DNA from: Azolla caroliniana
Lineage: Eukaryota; Plantae; Polypodiophyta
Assembly: GCA_043228905.1 (NCBI GenBank)
Contig: JBHGNT010000071.1
Span: 1 to 64,000 of the forward strand
Length of the DNA: 64,000 bases
Direction: 5' to 3'
The translations under genes were made by a program, and so were the position numbers. Shown here piece by piece: positions 1 to 13,247 of the stretch (positions are counted from its first letter, which is position 1; each line of letters starts with the position of its first letter). The notes beneath the pieces were generated by a model. That model saw only the letters and a program-made list of their open reading frames with translations, was not told the origin of the DNA and searched no databases.

Positions 1-552
1 CAACATACAAATGTGACCTCTCCTCTATTGGTCTCCTCATGACTAAAATTCTCTAACTCTTAAACTTTCTAATGACATCTTAGTCTGCATCATAAGGATG
101 TTAAGACCTTCACTTTGCCCCTCGGTACCTAATTATGCTAATAGTGTGCTCAAAATCCACCAAATAACCATGACCTACAAAAGGTGGAACAAGGAGATGG
201 CTTGTGGATGTATATTGACTTTTGTGTCACTAGCAAGAATGGCCTCTAAATGTGTGTATTTGATCCCCATGTTTGGTGACGGACAGGGCATGAGAAGCAT
301 GGGTGGAGCCTCTAATGGCCATCATGCGATCACACGAACACAATGGGGTGTGTGCGGTAGTCAAGCACATAACCACATGAGTCGAATAGTGTGATCGAAC
401 ACACATAGAGGCAAAATAGATGGAAGTAGTGCAGGTGCATGAGAGATAGAGACAAGTATGCACACACACACACAGGCTCATACCACCGTCATCGATAACG
501 ATGGCGATAGTGACGACGACATAGGCACCCAGACAAATGAAGTGTAACAGCT

Positions 553-554
<2 letters not shown>

Positions 555-600
<46 letters not shown>

Positions 601-611
601 GTGTGTGTGTG
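555..611. repeat. (GA)n/(GT)n microsatellite upstream of ILK
   Basis: Direct inspection. Confidence 0.95.
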
Positions 612-1822
612 TTTCACTAGATCCTTGTGTTCATAACTAATATAACCCCCCCTTTCTCTACAAAGACACAGACACAGTTTTCACAGATGGGTTGGTGTCT
701 TTCGCACATGATAAACCCCACATGGTTCCTTGTGAACCCCCCCAATCCAATTCTCTCTCTCTCTCTCTCTCAAGAAACCATGGCTCTTCTCCTCTCCTCC
801 TCTGTGTTTTCTTTTATCAGACATTTCCCTTCTTCTTTCTTCCTCCTCTTCTTCTTCTTTAGGTTACTCTTTTACCTGCAAGAGGTCCCACTATTGTTCC
901 CTATTCTTCCCGTATACCAACATTTCTATCCATTCTTCAGCAAGCTTCCCGATCGTTTTCTTTGCATTCCTCCCTTACCCGAAAAGTCTTCTGTCTTATT
1001 CTTCTTGTTTGTTCCCGCGATCAATTTTCTTGGCTCGGGTAATAATCGATTGTCTCCCCATTCTCACGTGTTTCTAAATTGTTTTGCAAGGACTATATTT
1101 GTTCGACATGTGTTTGAGTGATAGTTTCTGCTTTCTTTCTGTTCTCTGTATATATATATATATATCTCAGAAGTTAGCGCGACCCTTCAATCTCCACATA
1201 TTTGAAGTTATTACATGGATGTTCGCTGAAGATATCTCAAATTCACTTCCACGTGTTTCAAAATTGGGTCAATTGCTTCTTTTTCTCCTCCATTTTCTGC
1301 CACTATTACATTTTTCCTCCATTTTCTTTCGTTTGTCTCTATTTTGCTGTCTATTTAAAGAGATTAGATGGTAGAAATAGTGTTTTTTTGTATTAGTATT
1401 AGCTGGAAGTAGCACTTGGTTTTTTTTCTCTTTGGAATCTATTATGGCTGAAAGTAATTTACCTGGCTCCCCTTGACTTCTAGTTGCTTCTAATTCGCAT
1501 GAAAGTAGGTAACTGGACGTTTGATTTAGTGGTTTTTTGTAGCTGATAGTAGCATATGGAATGGTGTTCTAAGTCGATGTTAGCTGAAAGTAGTCATTTT
1601 GTCTAATTTGATAGTCTGATACTGAAAATTCGAATATTCATTTTTGTATTGATTTGTCAGCTGAAAGTAGGTCTATTTCCCTTCCATTTGAGCCTATTTA
1701 CCTAAAAAAACTTTGATTCTCTGTAAAACTCTACAGGAGACTACATTTAAATACAGGGATACGACAAACAATCTGAGCCTAGTACAAAAGCTTTAGCTGA
1801 AAAACATTCAATTAAGAGGTTC

Positions 1823-4800
1823 ATGGATCCAGTATTAAAGAATCGGTTTTCTCTTGGACGGCAATCATCCATGGCTCCTCATCATTCCGACACGGAGGAA
1901 GGATTGCAATCGTTGGAGTTATCTCTTCCTGACAATGTTGACAAGACCATGTTCCTTCTCTTCCTCTCTTGCAAAGGGGACGAGAAAGGTATAGAATCCC
2001 ATCTCGCAGAAGGAGTGAATGTGAATGCTGGAGATTTCGACGATCGCACAGCTCTCCATGTAGCTGCTTGTGAAGGTCATGCCAAGGTTGTGGAATTACT
2101 ATTGAATCATGGAGCTAATGTGAACTCCCGTGATCGTTGGGGTAGCACTGTAAGCTCCTTTGTTCTTGAAGAATTTTGCTGATGGGAGAAGCGAGAAGTT
2201 TTCTCTTCCTCTTACTGCTGTTGAATCATGGAGCTAATGATAGTGTAGTGATTGATAAAGAGGGTTGCACTATTAGCTCCTTTTTTCTTCTTCTTACCTG
2301 TGTTTCCTAACTGGAATTTCTATCATCATTCTTCTTCTTGAAGAAACTTGATGGTTCTCTTCTTCTTACTACTATACATTCAGAGGAGAAGAAGAAAGGA
2401 GCTAACACTACTATCCTGTTTATATTGCTAGCATCTTCTTCTTACCCATGTTTCCCCAATGGAATTTCCTCCTTCTTGAAGAAATTTGTTGGTGGGAAAA
2501 GATAATTTTTTTCTCTTTCTCTTTCTCTTCTGCTGCTGGATCATAAGACTAACGTAAATGAATGATATTGATCAACATATAGAGTAGCACTGTTACCTGC
2601 TTCTTTTTTCTTTTAAACAAAAGAAAATGCTTGATCTTGAAGAGCAAATATAATTTTCATTTCTTCCTTTTTCTGTGTAGCCTCTTGCAGATGCAATGCA
2701 TTATGGCAATAAAGATGTCTGTGTGATTTTAGAGCGAGCTGGAGCCATCTTTCCTGTAAGTTCATTAACTTTCCCTCATGCATGGTGGATATTTTATTCT
2801 TCTTTTCCTTTTTCTTTCACTCATGCTACTTGTAAAAAATATTCTGCAGCAAACGTCTGTAAAAGCTCCAATGGAAGTTGTAAATCCAGCTGACGTCCCT
2901 GACTATGAAGTTAACGCAAAGGAACTTGGCACTTTCAAGAGAGAACCTAAGCTTCCTGGGGTATTCATTTTGTCTCTTGTCTCACAGTGGTCTTGTTTCT
3001 CGGAACCAATGGAAACCGTTTGCATCACTTAGAATCATAAATACCTTATCATATTCATGACTTGTGTAGGGGTTTGTTGATTATGCATGTGTAATGATAT
3101 TTTGTTACATCATGTATGGTGAAATCTGTAGCAACAATCCAAGCCTATTTATATTCACTGTAAAATAGAGTGTTGGATTAAAGATCCAGCAGGAAGTGGG
3201 CTCTGTCTAGCAAATGAGGTAGGGATGTCCTCTAAACCAGAAAGACCTGTGATTTCTCTTTATTTTCCAGAATACCCCTAAATTTTCATTATTCGTATGA
3301 GTGCCCTAATCAGTTCTCGAAAGGGGATGAATTGACCATGTGATTTCTCAAACTGCGCATATAATTGCTCAAGATGAGGTTCGCTGAAGGCATTTGGGGA
3401 ACTTTTAAAGAAAAATCTCGGGGGTATTTTGGATTTTTTTCCAAATTCATTGTATGCTTTAGGTTCATGAGTGGATTTTGAACCGTACACATTGGTAAGC
3501 TCTTGTTTCCCAACTCACTTTAGTGTTGGTCAATGCATTGCAATATGCCAAGCACAAACAGCTCATAATTAGACTTAAAAACCATGGTATTTCTAATCAA
3601 CGATGTCTTCCATTGTTGGTATACATGGTCAGAAAGATTGTCTTGATGTTTTTAGTGTTTGAATAGATTGGATTCTACAGGCAGAGAAAACCTGCAAAAA
3701 TGTCATATTAGGGATCTTTATGTTTTCTTTGATCCTTCCTCTAGAAGTAATCTTTGATAGCATGGCTGATCGAATGACCCACAACATTGATTGAGCTTCT
3801 TGTTGTAACTTGTACACTTAGTCTCTATAAGACATCTTTGTTTATCTTTATGTTTTGAATCTATCCATATTGATGTTCATGTTTGATGGTACATACTGTT
3901 GAGAAAACAAGCTCAACCACACATATTGTATACACGTGATCCTCTATAGCACTATATTCACATACCATCTCAATGTTGTTTTTTCATGGTAGCATACATA
4001 GCTTTAGTGGAGGTTTTTTGCTATGCCATGCTTTGCATTTTCCTCAGAATTTGGCTACATAGAAATCTTGGAGGATTTCTTGTTCTGATAATATACAGCC
4101 CTGTTTTTCCATGTTTAAAAAAAGTGGTTGATATTTTACCTGGATGTACATTTGGAAAGAAGCTTTAATCCAAAGGTCCACAATACATTAATCAGTAGTC
4201 TCGTGATTTACATTAAATTATCGTGTTAGGGATCTTAATTGAAGTGAGCGTATCAACTCCAATTATGAGAGTCCTTCATATATTGACTAATATAGAACTG
4301 TGTGACTAACCAAACTGTTGTTTTTGAGCTACATAATGTATTGAATTATTGTTGAAACTTTATGCAGTATACTGTTGGTACATGGCATGGCACTCAAGTT
4401 GCTGTAAAGGAGATTCCTGATGACTTATCAAACCGAACACATGTTGTGTAAGTTTTATGCTTTCTTTGTTGAAATTCCAACTTGTCTTTGTAAACTAAAA
4501 AGTTTCAAGTGCGTTAAACTTAGCACTGCAATGCAAAACTGCTGTTCAAGTGTGTAAACCTTAATAATCTTTATGTATCAGAGGTTTATTTTTATAAACT
4601 ATTACTGAATAGGAAATAATTTATTTCATAGATAGCCATTATTCGTTGTGGTATTGGAAGGCGAAAATACTACTAAACACCCTAGTTACTTTGTATATGT
4701 GCATGGCAATACACAGAACACACATGTATGTTTGTGTATATCTGATACTAATGCAAATTCTATGCTAGAACTGCAGATATATATTATATATAAATTTATT

Positions 4801-7800
4801 GCATGGCCAAGATGCTATCCAACACCTCTGTTAGCCTTATATATAAGGATGCAATGTTTGTTTAGTTGTGTTTGGATGTTTATTAAGCTTATAGGATGTT
4901 GTCCTGTGTATGTAGATAACATATTTATGAACTGAAGCTCAATGTTTGCATTGTTATTATAAGTTTCAATGTTTGTTTATTAACAATTGTGTTAGGACAG
5001 AGACATTCCTTGACGATTGAAATTTTCAACTGCATATGAACAAACTGAAGAACTGTTCTAAAATCAACTATAAATGATCTTGATGTAATCTCTGTAACTG
5101 TGTCAACAAATTTACTTGCAAGAGTTATCTATGTCGAATTTAGGTGCTAAAGATGCTTGCTCAGTATCAAAATATTCATTGCCGAGGCTAATTGTATTTG
5201 GTTTAGTGTTTCATCACAATGTTTTGTAATGTAGGAGTGTTTTTCGGGAAGAGTTGGCTTTATTACAAAAGTTGCGACATCCGAACATTGTACAATTTTT
5301 AGGTGCTGTAACTCAAAGCACTCCAATGCGTATCATCGTGGAGTATTGTGCTGGGGTATGCAATGTTGTAGATTGATCTTTTCACTTTGATAATTTTAAT
5401 ATTGTATACTTTTTATCTTCAGTTATAAGTCTATGTCAGAATTCTCTCATGAATTCCCATTTCAGTCTCATTATTTTCCCAATTGGTCAACCCCTCCAAG
5501 AGAAAAGGGAGGATGAATTGGCCATTTAATTGCTCAAATAACACATATAATTGCTCTTCTGGTGTTTAACAATGGCAGTTTGGGAAATGAAAAATTAGGG
5601 GGCGTTTTGGAGTTTATATATATCTACTTTTTATCAATCCCGTTAAAAGTTTTTGAATGGTTCATAACCTGTTTGTTCCTCAAGCAATCTGAGTAAACAA
5701 ATAACAAGACTTTTATTTCTATGATGAACTATTACACATCCTTTACAATTTCCCCTTCCCATAGATTGCAATCGGTCTCTCTCGGATGTTAAAAATATAT
5801 CTATCTTCTCCTCATAGTGAGATTTTCTCTCCTCAAGTTTATGTTCTGATTTTTTATGGAGTTGGGCTTCTGTATTCTCTATTCATTGTCATTTACAAAA
5901 AGTCTATTGTGAGGTACATAAGAGGAAACATGTACGCAGTTTAACATGGTGGATTGAACAGGGGGATTTACATTGGTATTTGGAGCAGAAAGGCCAACTA
6001 GAGCTAATAAAAGCTGTGAGATATGCTCTTGACATAGCAATGTAAGAACATTTTATTGCCTATGAATTTGTTTGTTGGTAAGGGGATTGATTACTAGGGT
6101 TTAAGTCACTCTTTGGAGTGGAGCCAAAATTTCTGTTCTCTATGTATTGAGACCTCTTTCTAATGACAACTCCATGAGTATGACAAAAAATGGAAACTTC
6201 AAAACCATGACATTCACATGGTGCTTACAAATTTTTGTCAGCTATTAAAGTGGTTTTGAATTTGTGATTCAGAAGATTAATTTTGGTTTTCAATTGTCCA
6301 TTTCTAATCGTCTTCAATTTTAACTTTGAGGATTCTGATAATATACTTGAACTGTATAATATAAGTGTATTTAGCCAGACTATAGTTTGAATTTTGTCAG
6401 TACTTTGTATGAATTTTATCTGAGTACTATCTGGCATGTATGGCATCACTATCCATCAATATTATATTGGTTCAATCCATGTTTTTGCACATATGATGTA
6501 GGGGGTTGAATTATTTACATCAATGGAAGCCTGATCCGATCATTCACCGGGAATTAAAACCAAGGTAGTGGATTTTGTTTTCATCTTGTCTATGGGAAAT
6601 AAAATATTCTCATGTGTGAATATACCCATGAATAGTATTCTCATCATCGAAGGACAAGTGAGAGAGAATTTATTGTGGTTATTTGTGTGTTATTTGCTAT
6701 AGTTACTAATCTTTTCTCTTCTCAGTATGTTGCCAGAAACATACTTCGGGATAGAGTGGGCCGCCTTAAGGTAGCAGACTTTTATCTTGGTCAGATTCTG
6801 AAAGCATTTTCTGAGTCAACCGCAGATTCTAACATCCCTTCTCGTGAGTGGTGAAGAATTAATTCTGAAAACGATTAGATACTTGGACAAGATTTTAAAC
6901 TACTTCTTACATTTTTCATTGTGATGCTTGAATTCAGGTCATTACATGGCTCCTGAACTATTGCTAGGAAAAGCATTTGACAAGAAAGTGGATGTATATT
7001 CATTCGGCATAATTTTATATCAGGTATAAATACAATTTAGATTATAAAAGACACTAAAAGCTTATCATAAAGCCATAGACATGTGGGAGGTTTGAACGGC
7101 TGATGGATTTTCTTATGACTATTGCAGATGATTGAAGGTCGTTCAGAGTTCTTTCTACGAAAGGAAGAAGATGTGATTCAGGCAGTTTGCCATGAACATA
7201 TCAGGCCATCTTTCAGATCAAAGGACAGACACTATCCTGAAGGACTGAAAAAGTGAGTGAAAATAATCCTATGATATATGACGAGATGTTTGTAAATTTC
7301 TTAACATTGAAAATCATATATACATAAGGTATGACAGAGTTCTTATTAAAAGGACTTTTTTGAGTCTGTCCATTACTATTTTCCAAGTCCAACCAGAAGC
7401 AGGCAATATCATCAGTTAGAAATTAGAAAGAAATAATAGCGTTTACTAGAGGCTACATTGGACTTATCAGACAAATCATGGTCACAAATATGGGGGGATT
7501 GATGTTATCCATAAAGCTCTAGGTTTCCTAAAGGCTCCATGATCATTATCTTAATGCATATGCTGGAATAATTTCGGAGTTGCTATGTATGAGAGTAGTA
7601 ATGACCAAACTTCATATCCAAGATTGGTTGGTACTGTGAAATGACGCTATGATGAAGTTTTACAAGTGTATCTGGATGTCTTTGTGTGGATTGGAAAGGT
7701 GAGCAATTATCTTCATGACCTGGTGATGGTATGGCCGATGTGCCTTATATCCTGTTACTTGCAGTTTTCGATATCCGTGGCATTCCTTTGTTGATCTATG

Positions 7801-8727
7801 ATGATTCCTTGGCACGTTGTTATTGGAGATAAGGAGCTATGGAAGAAATCAGTGATGTGAAATTGTTGTTGCATCCTGCATGCACCGTGTTTCTGAAGTT
7901 CAAAAGACTGTCATAGGTCAGCCTTCTTCATCATTTTTTCAATGGTGGTGGAGTCCACATTCAGGGTGGCATACTTATCTCTAATGTGGTTGAAAGCTGC
8001 CATCCACGCACAAAATGTTCCTTGCTTTCAATGCCTCCTCCACATAATTTACAAAATCTTTCAGTTCTTAGGTATGCAAAATACTCATCCTGTCTCAATC
8101 TTTAGTTGGTGGGACGAAACTCTGAGTTGGCCTATTTCTTTGTGTGTCTGTATATCCATCCTTTGAGAAGTTCATGAAAGGATTTTTGGATATTCATGAA
8201 ATGACCATGCATTCAACCCCTACATTCCACAGAACCATTTAATATATTAATGAAATTAACGAGATTTGCGTATGTCAAGAAAGACATGGGTGATTCCCCA
8301 ATATGAAAAAGAAGAAGAGGGGAGACTCTCGTATTCCCTTGGTTTCTCCGTAGTCGTATACAAGTAATGTTATGTGTTTTACAGTGCTACAACATTTTTG
8401 TACTAGAAAGAAAGAAGAATGTTTTGCAGACATGATAGAAGAGGTGAGGATAAATAATAAGTAGTGGAGCACTATGATTGGGGGATGGGTGCTCTTAACA
8501 CTTCAAAATCAAAAGCATTCCTATATGTCTCCTACTATTTGACTCCGCCTGATATTCCAAATAGATGAAGGTATAGCTCGTTTGAAAGGTTATATATGAT
8601 AGTGATCCTCACAACTCCATTCTGCATGGTCAACTAATAAATATCACAACTTCAATAAATGTGTGAAAGGAAGAAAGATATATTAACGTCTTTTAAGAGG
8701 CCCAAATGGCCTATACGACCATACAAG

Positions 8728-8802
<75 letters not shown>

Positions 8803-9831
8803 TAATGTCTACCACAGAGGCAGAAATCGGCCTATGAAAGAAATCATGATTACAAATATGGGTTGATAATGGCGAGTAATAATCTCATTGTTTAGTACTG
8901 GTATGGAATTGTCCTTCTAGTATGGCAATAGTTGCAAATCCTCCAGTGAGTCGATCTTGGTGGCATGGGTCATAGAGAACCACCTGGTGGTGCTTGTAAA
9001 TGCGACTCCTAGATAGACACAGTAGTTCTCTACTTTGACATGGCTCATGATAGGGTGAAGACAGCTTGTCAGTGTGGATGTGCAGATGTGAGTCTATGCT
9101 TTGTTGTCCAAAAATTCCTGGATAGGGCATACTTTGACGTAGCTCATGCTAGGGTGAACAGAGCTTGTGTGTGTGGATCTACAGATGCGAGTCGATGCCT
9201 TGCTGCCCAAAATCCTGTCTAGGGCAGTTGTAGATCTGCATGCATCGATACCAGTTGCTGAAATATGAATTAGATTGTAATACAGCCCCTCATAAATAAG
9301 AATATGGATAGGGATACATTATATTTTGATTCCCTCAGTGTGTTTGCGTGTTATTTAGTTCTCTACCTACAATCTTTCCTTTTTTGCTTGGTCCACGAAG
9401 CAATGTAATATAAGGATATGGTTGGTGTTAGAGAATGCACCTTTGACTGCTTGACCTGAGGCTCGTCTTTTTCAACGTCAAGCATTTCTCTATATGATTT
9501 AGCAAGCATGTGACCTCACTTATAGATAAGCATAATTGTGTGGAGATGATAGTAATGTGTCTGCAAGGTTTAGTAATATTTGAAAGCTGATAGTGTTTCT
9601 CTCTAGGTTCTTTCCATTTATGTCTATAATGCTTTCTAGATAATGTGTCTTTCTTTCAGGCTTATAGAGGCATGCTGGGACAAGGATCCAATGGCTCGAC
9701 CAGGCTTTGGGCGTATTATTGCTGACCTTCAGGTAATAAAGCCTTTGTGTGTAAAGCAAAGCCTTTGGCGGAGGGTGCTCAAGACTCCTAAGAGAAACTC
9801 AAGTCTCAGGTCTCTGAGCTTCAAGTTCTAA
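1823..9831 (+). CDS. ILK: Integrin-linked kinase-like protein (ankyrin repeats + Raf-like kinase; ILK/VIK family), 11 coding exons
   Basis: Exons with GT-AG ends: 1823-2149, 2681-2755, 2850-2960, 4368-4447, 5235-5355, 5962-6041, 6502-6564, 6737-6843, 6938-7023, 7128-7252, 9660-9831. Translation gives the ILK N-terminus RFSLGRQSSMAP, ankyrin motifs DFDDRTALHVAACEG and DRWGSTPLADA, and kinase motifs WHGTQVAVK, LRHPNIVQFLGAVTQSTPM, HRELKPRNIL, YMAPE, DVYSFG and LIEACWDKDPMARP. Confidence 0.93.
7860..8240 (-). mobile_element. Decayed non-LTR retrotransposon (RTE/L2-type LINE) ORF2 C-terminal fragment in ILK intron 10
   Basis: The minus strand reads IGQLRVSSHQLKIETG*, then after a frameshift RTERFCKLCGGGIESKEHFV. 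This is the R-x-SSH-x-L-x-IE-x-GR...ER-x-C-xx-C...E-xx-H zinc-knuckle tail of RTE/L2-like LINE ORF2, with a stop and a frameshift. Confidence 0.75.
8729..8799. repeat. (GA)n microsatellite
   Basis: About 35 GA units. Confidence 0.97.
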
Positions 9832-12649
9832 ACAGTATCGAAAAGTAATGTGGGTTATGATTTCGGATAATTTGAGTCTTTAATTAGTATCAGAGAAAAA
9901 ACCTTGGCTTGCAAATCTTTAAATTTTTCTATACTATATCTCATGCAATAAAAATCGTCCTCCCTTTTCATGTTTGTACAACCAAGTGTGAAAAATATAG
10001 GATGTGAGATGGGTGGCATTCACTCGATGCTAATCAGACTTGAAAAGAAACATTCTCTCTGTTTTTCGTATTAGGGTTGTGCCCTAACGATAAGTCATAT
10101 TTTTATCAGCCAATGAATTTATTTGTAAACATACTATTCCACGTCTCTCTTGCTCTCTCGCTCTATCATATATTGGTTCCTAGTGGATGGTAATACATCA
10201 TGTTTCTTTGTCTGATTGATGAATCCAAGATTGAAATGAGTGGGGAATATGTTTCCAAGTGTGTGGAAAAGAAACGTGGTACTGCCACTTGATAACCATA
10301 GGGTACACAATCTTTTTTTTGAAATTAGCATTTATATTTGAAAGAGAAACCTGCCTAAATCTGCTGATATGTTTGAGACATTCAAAGAGTATTCCTGCAT
10401 GTTGGCTGATGGATTCTCAACACCTGCCCTCTATGAGCCCACTCACATAATTTCCTTTTATTAGAGACCCTAGTACATGATTAGGTTCCGAGGAATGAAA
10501 TGAATTACTTTTACTCAGTTTGTGTTGAAGTATGTAAATGATTGCTGAATCCTTTTTCAATGGGAGCTTCTACATGAAGGGTCAGAGTAAACATGTAGTT
10601 ATAGCTAAGCAATATTTAGGTAATATGTGTTGTTAATTATAGGGTTTATATAGTAAGTGATCCTTAATTTGAAAGCAGGCATGTACTAAATTGGTTTGTA
10701 ACGGTTTCTAAAGAAAACTTGGAATGGTTCCAATTAGTTATTCATTTTAATCTAAACGCATCCGTTGTCCTTCGATTCTCTGTTTATGTGTTTGTCTGCT
10801 TGATACATATGCATCCATCCATTATCCTTCGATTCTGTCTGCTTGATACATATGCATCCATCTATTGTCCTTCGATTCCCTGTTTATCAGTAATTTTTTG
10901 TTCTTTATATTTCTGATTTATGTGTTCAAAGTTCAAACATAATTTTCATGCGATTAGGTGCCTTTAAAATTATGTGGGTTATTTTGCGAATATAATCCTT
11001 TTTGTGGCGTCTCATTAATGTAAAGGTAAAATTTCCTACATATTCCCTCTCAAATTTCTGTTGTAAAATCTCAATCAGATGACTGTCATTTGTTTTGCAA
11101 TTAATCTTCGGAAATTCTTTGCTTAATATAAAGAGTTACTCGCCTTCAAATTAAATGCACTAAGGCTATATGTATATGCATAATTGATCAAATTTGGCCG
11201 GCCATTAATTCCTCGCAATCACTATAATCGAAACTTTGATTAATGCATAAAGTGATCTGTTTTCTTGATTAGTAATTAAAATTAATTTCAATGGATACTA
11301 GATTGCAAGGATAAGAATGTGGTTTGTCATTCCATCATATATGACCAATCCAAGGCATGGATTGGTTTCGGTTTTTTAGGTCATGGTAACTTTGTCCTTG
11401 CGTGTTCCAGATCCACATGTTATAACAACTTTATTCGTACATGTATAGATGTGCGATCCAACTTTGGGGATCTATCCCCAATTTATTTATCCTTACATGC
11501 ATTGGCATGTGCTCCAAATTTGGGGATCCATACTAACGTCAAAATGTATCACATTCACAATACCATGCTTGACTAGTACAATAAATTATATATGTTCACT
11601 TGCACTACATTCACATTAGTGCCATTTTTGTTGGGAATCATCCATTTCTTTCCGACTCTACATGCTAGTCATATGGCTGTAGTGAGAAATATATGACAAA
11701 CTATGGCATTCGTTGCCCAATGATGCTTCATGTTTAGACTTTGAGATGAGAGAAAACACAAATTTAATTGCACTGAAAACCCCAACCCTAATTTAGATGC
11801 ATCACAAACCAAACTACAATCGCTAATCAGGTTAACCAATGTGTGTTTGTTCCATCTCCACGAGGAATATGCTCCATGACCACCTATTACGAAAACTTTC
11901 AAGACACGACAATCCAACGTAACTAGAATGTGTGATTGAGTTTGAACAAACCAAAAACTGAACCATTAGCCTGATACAATTGTTAATCAACCTTCACAAC
12001 ATATCTGGGTAAGAGTCGTCATGCTATGTATCATTAAGTTGGTGCTCATGCGCATTGTTTCGGTGAACAAACGGCTTGGTGGTGATGGTGGGCGAATATG
12101 ATTGAGATAGTTGGCTGAACTAATCCTAGTGTTTTGTTTTGTTTTTTTCCAAAAATTTACCACTTCCATTAGTTATGACAATGTACAAAGGAGATAATAT
12201 ACAACTCCTCATATCTTACAAAACTTGCATGGTTACAAAGAGACCAACATGTGCAAAGGAATCAACAAAAAATATAAGCTAATTAATCTTCTTCTTTTTT
12301 CCATAAAAATATGCTCCATTAGTATTAATAAAAATATAAGCTAATTAATCATTGTATCAAGAGGGACGAGCAGAGGAGGATGAGCAACCTTCCTTTGGAG
12401 AATCTGGGTTATAACAACATGCATCCAATGAGCGGAGTATAAGTGATCCTAGTGTTATATGTGAGGGGTAAATATGTAGGACGAAGTATTATGGACGTGC
12501 AGCCTGAGGCCAAGTGTGGGCGACAGCCAGGCCAGCCCGCCCGACCAAGGGTGGTATGGACCCCGCCCCCCTGAGACATAAAAACAACACACAGTTAAGT
12601 TCAAAAGTGTCCGACCAAGTGTGAACGCACCACACCCGACCACAAATTA

Positions 12650-12675
12650 AACCGTTCAGAAATTGCAAACGGCCA
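12650..12675. promoter_or_regulatory. Pair of oppositely oriented MSA-like (AACGG core) elements upstream of the gene at 13248
   Basis: AACCGTT at 12650-12656 (AACGGTT on -) and AAACGGCCA at 12667-12675, just before the CT/CA-rich leader. MSA elements are MYB3R sites of G2/M genes. Confidence 0.5.
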
Positions 12676-12811
12676 TCTCTCTCTCTCTCTGTCACACACA
12701 CACACACACACACACTCTCTCTCTCTCTGTCACACACACACACACACACACACTCTCTCTCTCTCTTTCTCATACACACACACTCTCTTTCTCATACACA
12801 CACACACACAC

Positions 12812-12845
<34 letters not shown>
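12676..12845. repeat. Compound (CT)n/(CA)n microsatellite
   Basis: Direct inspection. Confidence 0.95.
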
Positions 12846-12847
<2 letters not shown>

Positions 12848-13247
12848 CTCGCACACCTGCGCCTTCGTCTTCTTCTTCTTCCTGTTCTCCATCATCTTCA
12901 CCTTCACCTTCACCATCTTCTTACTCCGTTTCTGTATCTTTATCTTCATATCTTGCTCCACTTCTTTTGCATCTTCTACTTCCTTCTGTTTCCGACCTTT
13001 CTTTCTTCTCCTCAATACCTTCACCTTCGGTTGCTCTACGTCCTCTTCATCTTCTTCTTAGTCCATTGCTGCATTTCCATCATCTTCTTATTCCATTGCG
13101 GCATCGTCATCACCTTCTTATTCCATCGCTACATCACTATCTTCTTCTTCTTCTTCTTCTTTCTTTTTCGATACTCTATTCTTCTTCCATTTCGAAACCT
13201 TTCCTTTCTTCTTTTTTGCATCTGTTCCCCGTATTTCCAATTCGTCT

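Noticed and set aside
627-1396. ORFs upstream of ILK
   Set aside because: F/L/S-rich translations of the CT-rich 5'UTR and leader intron.
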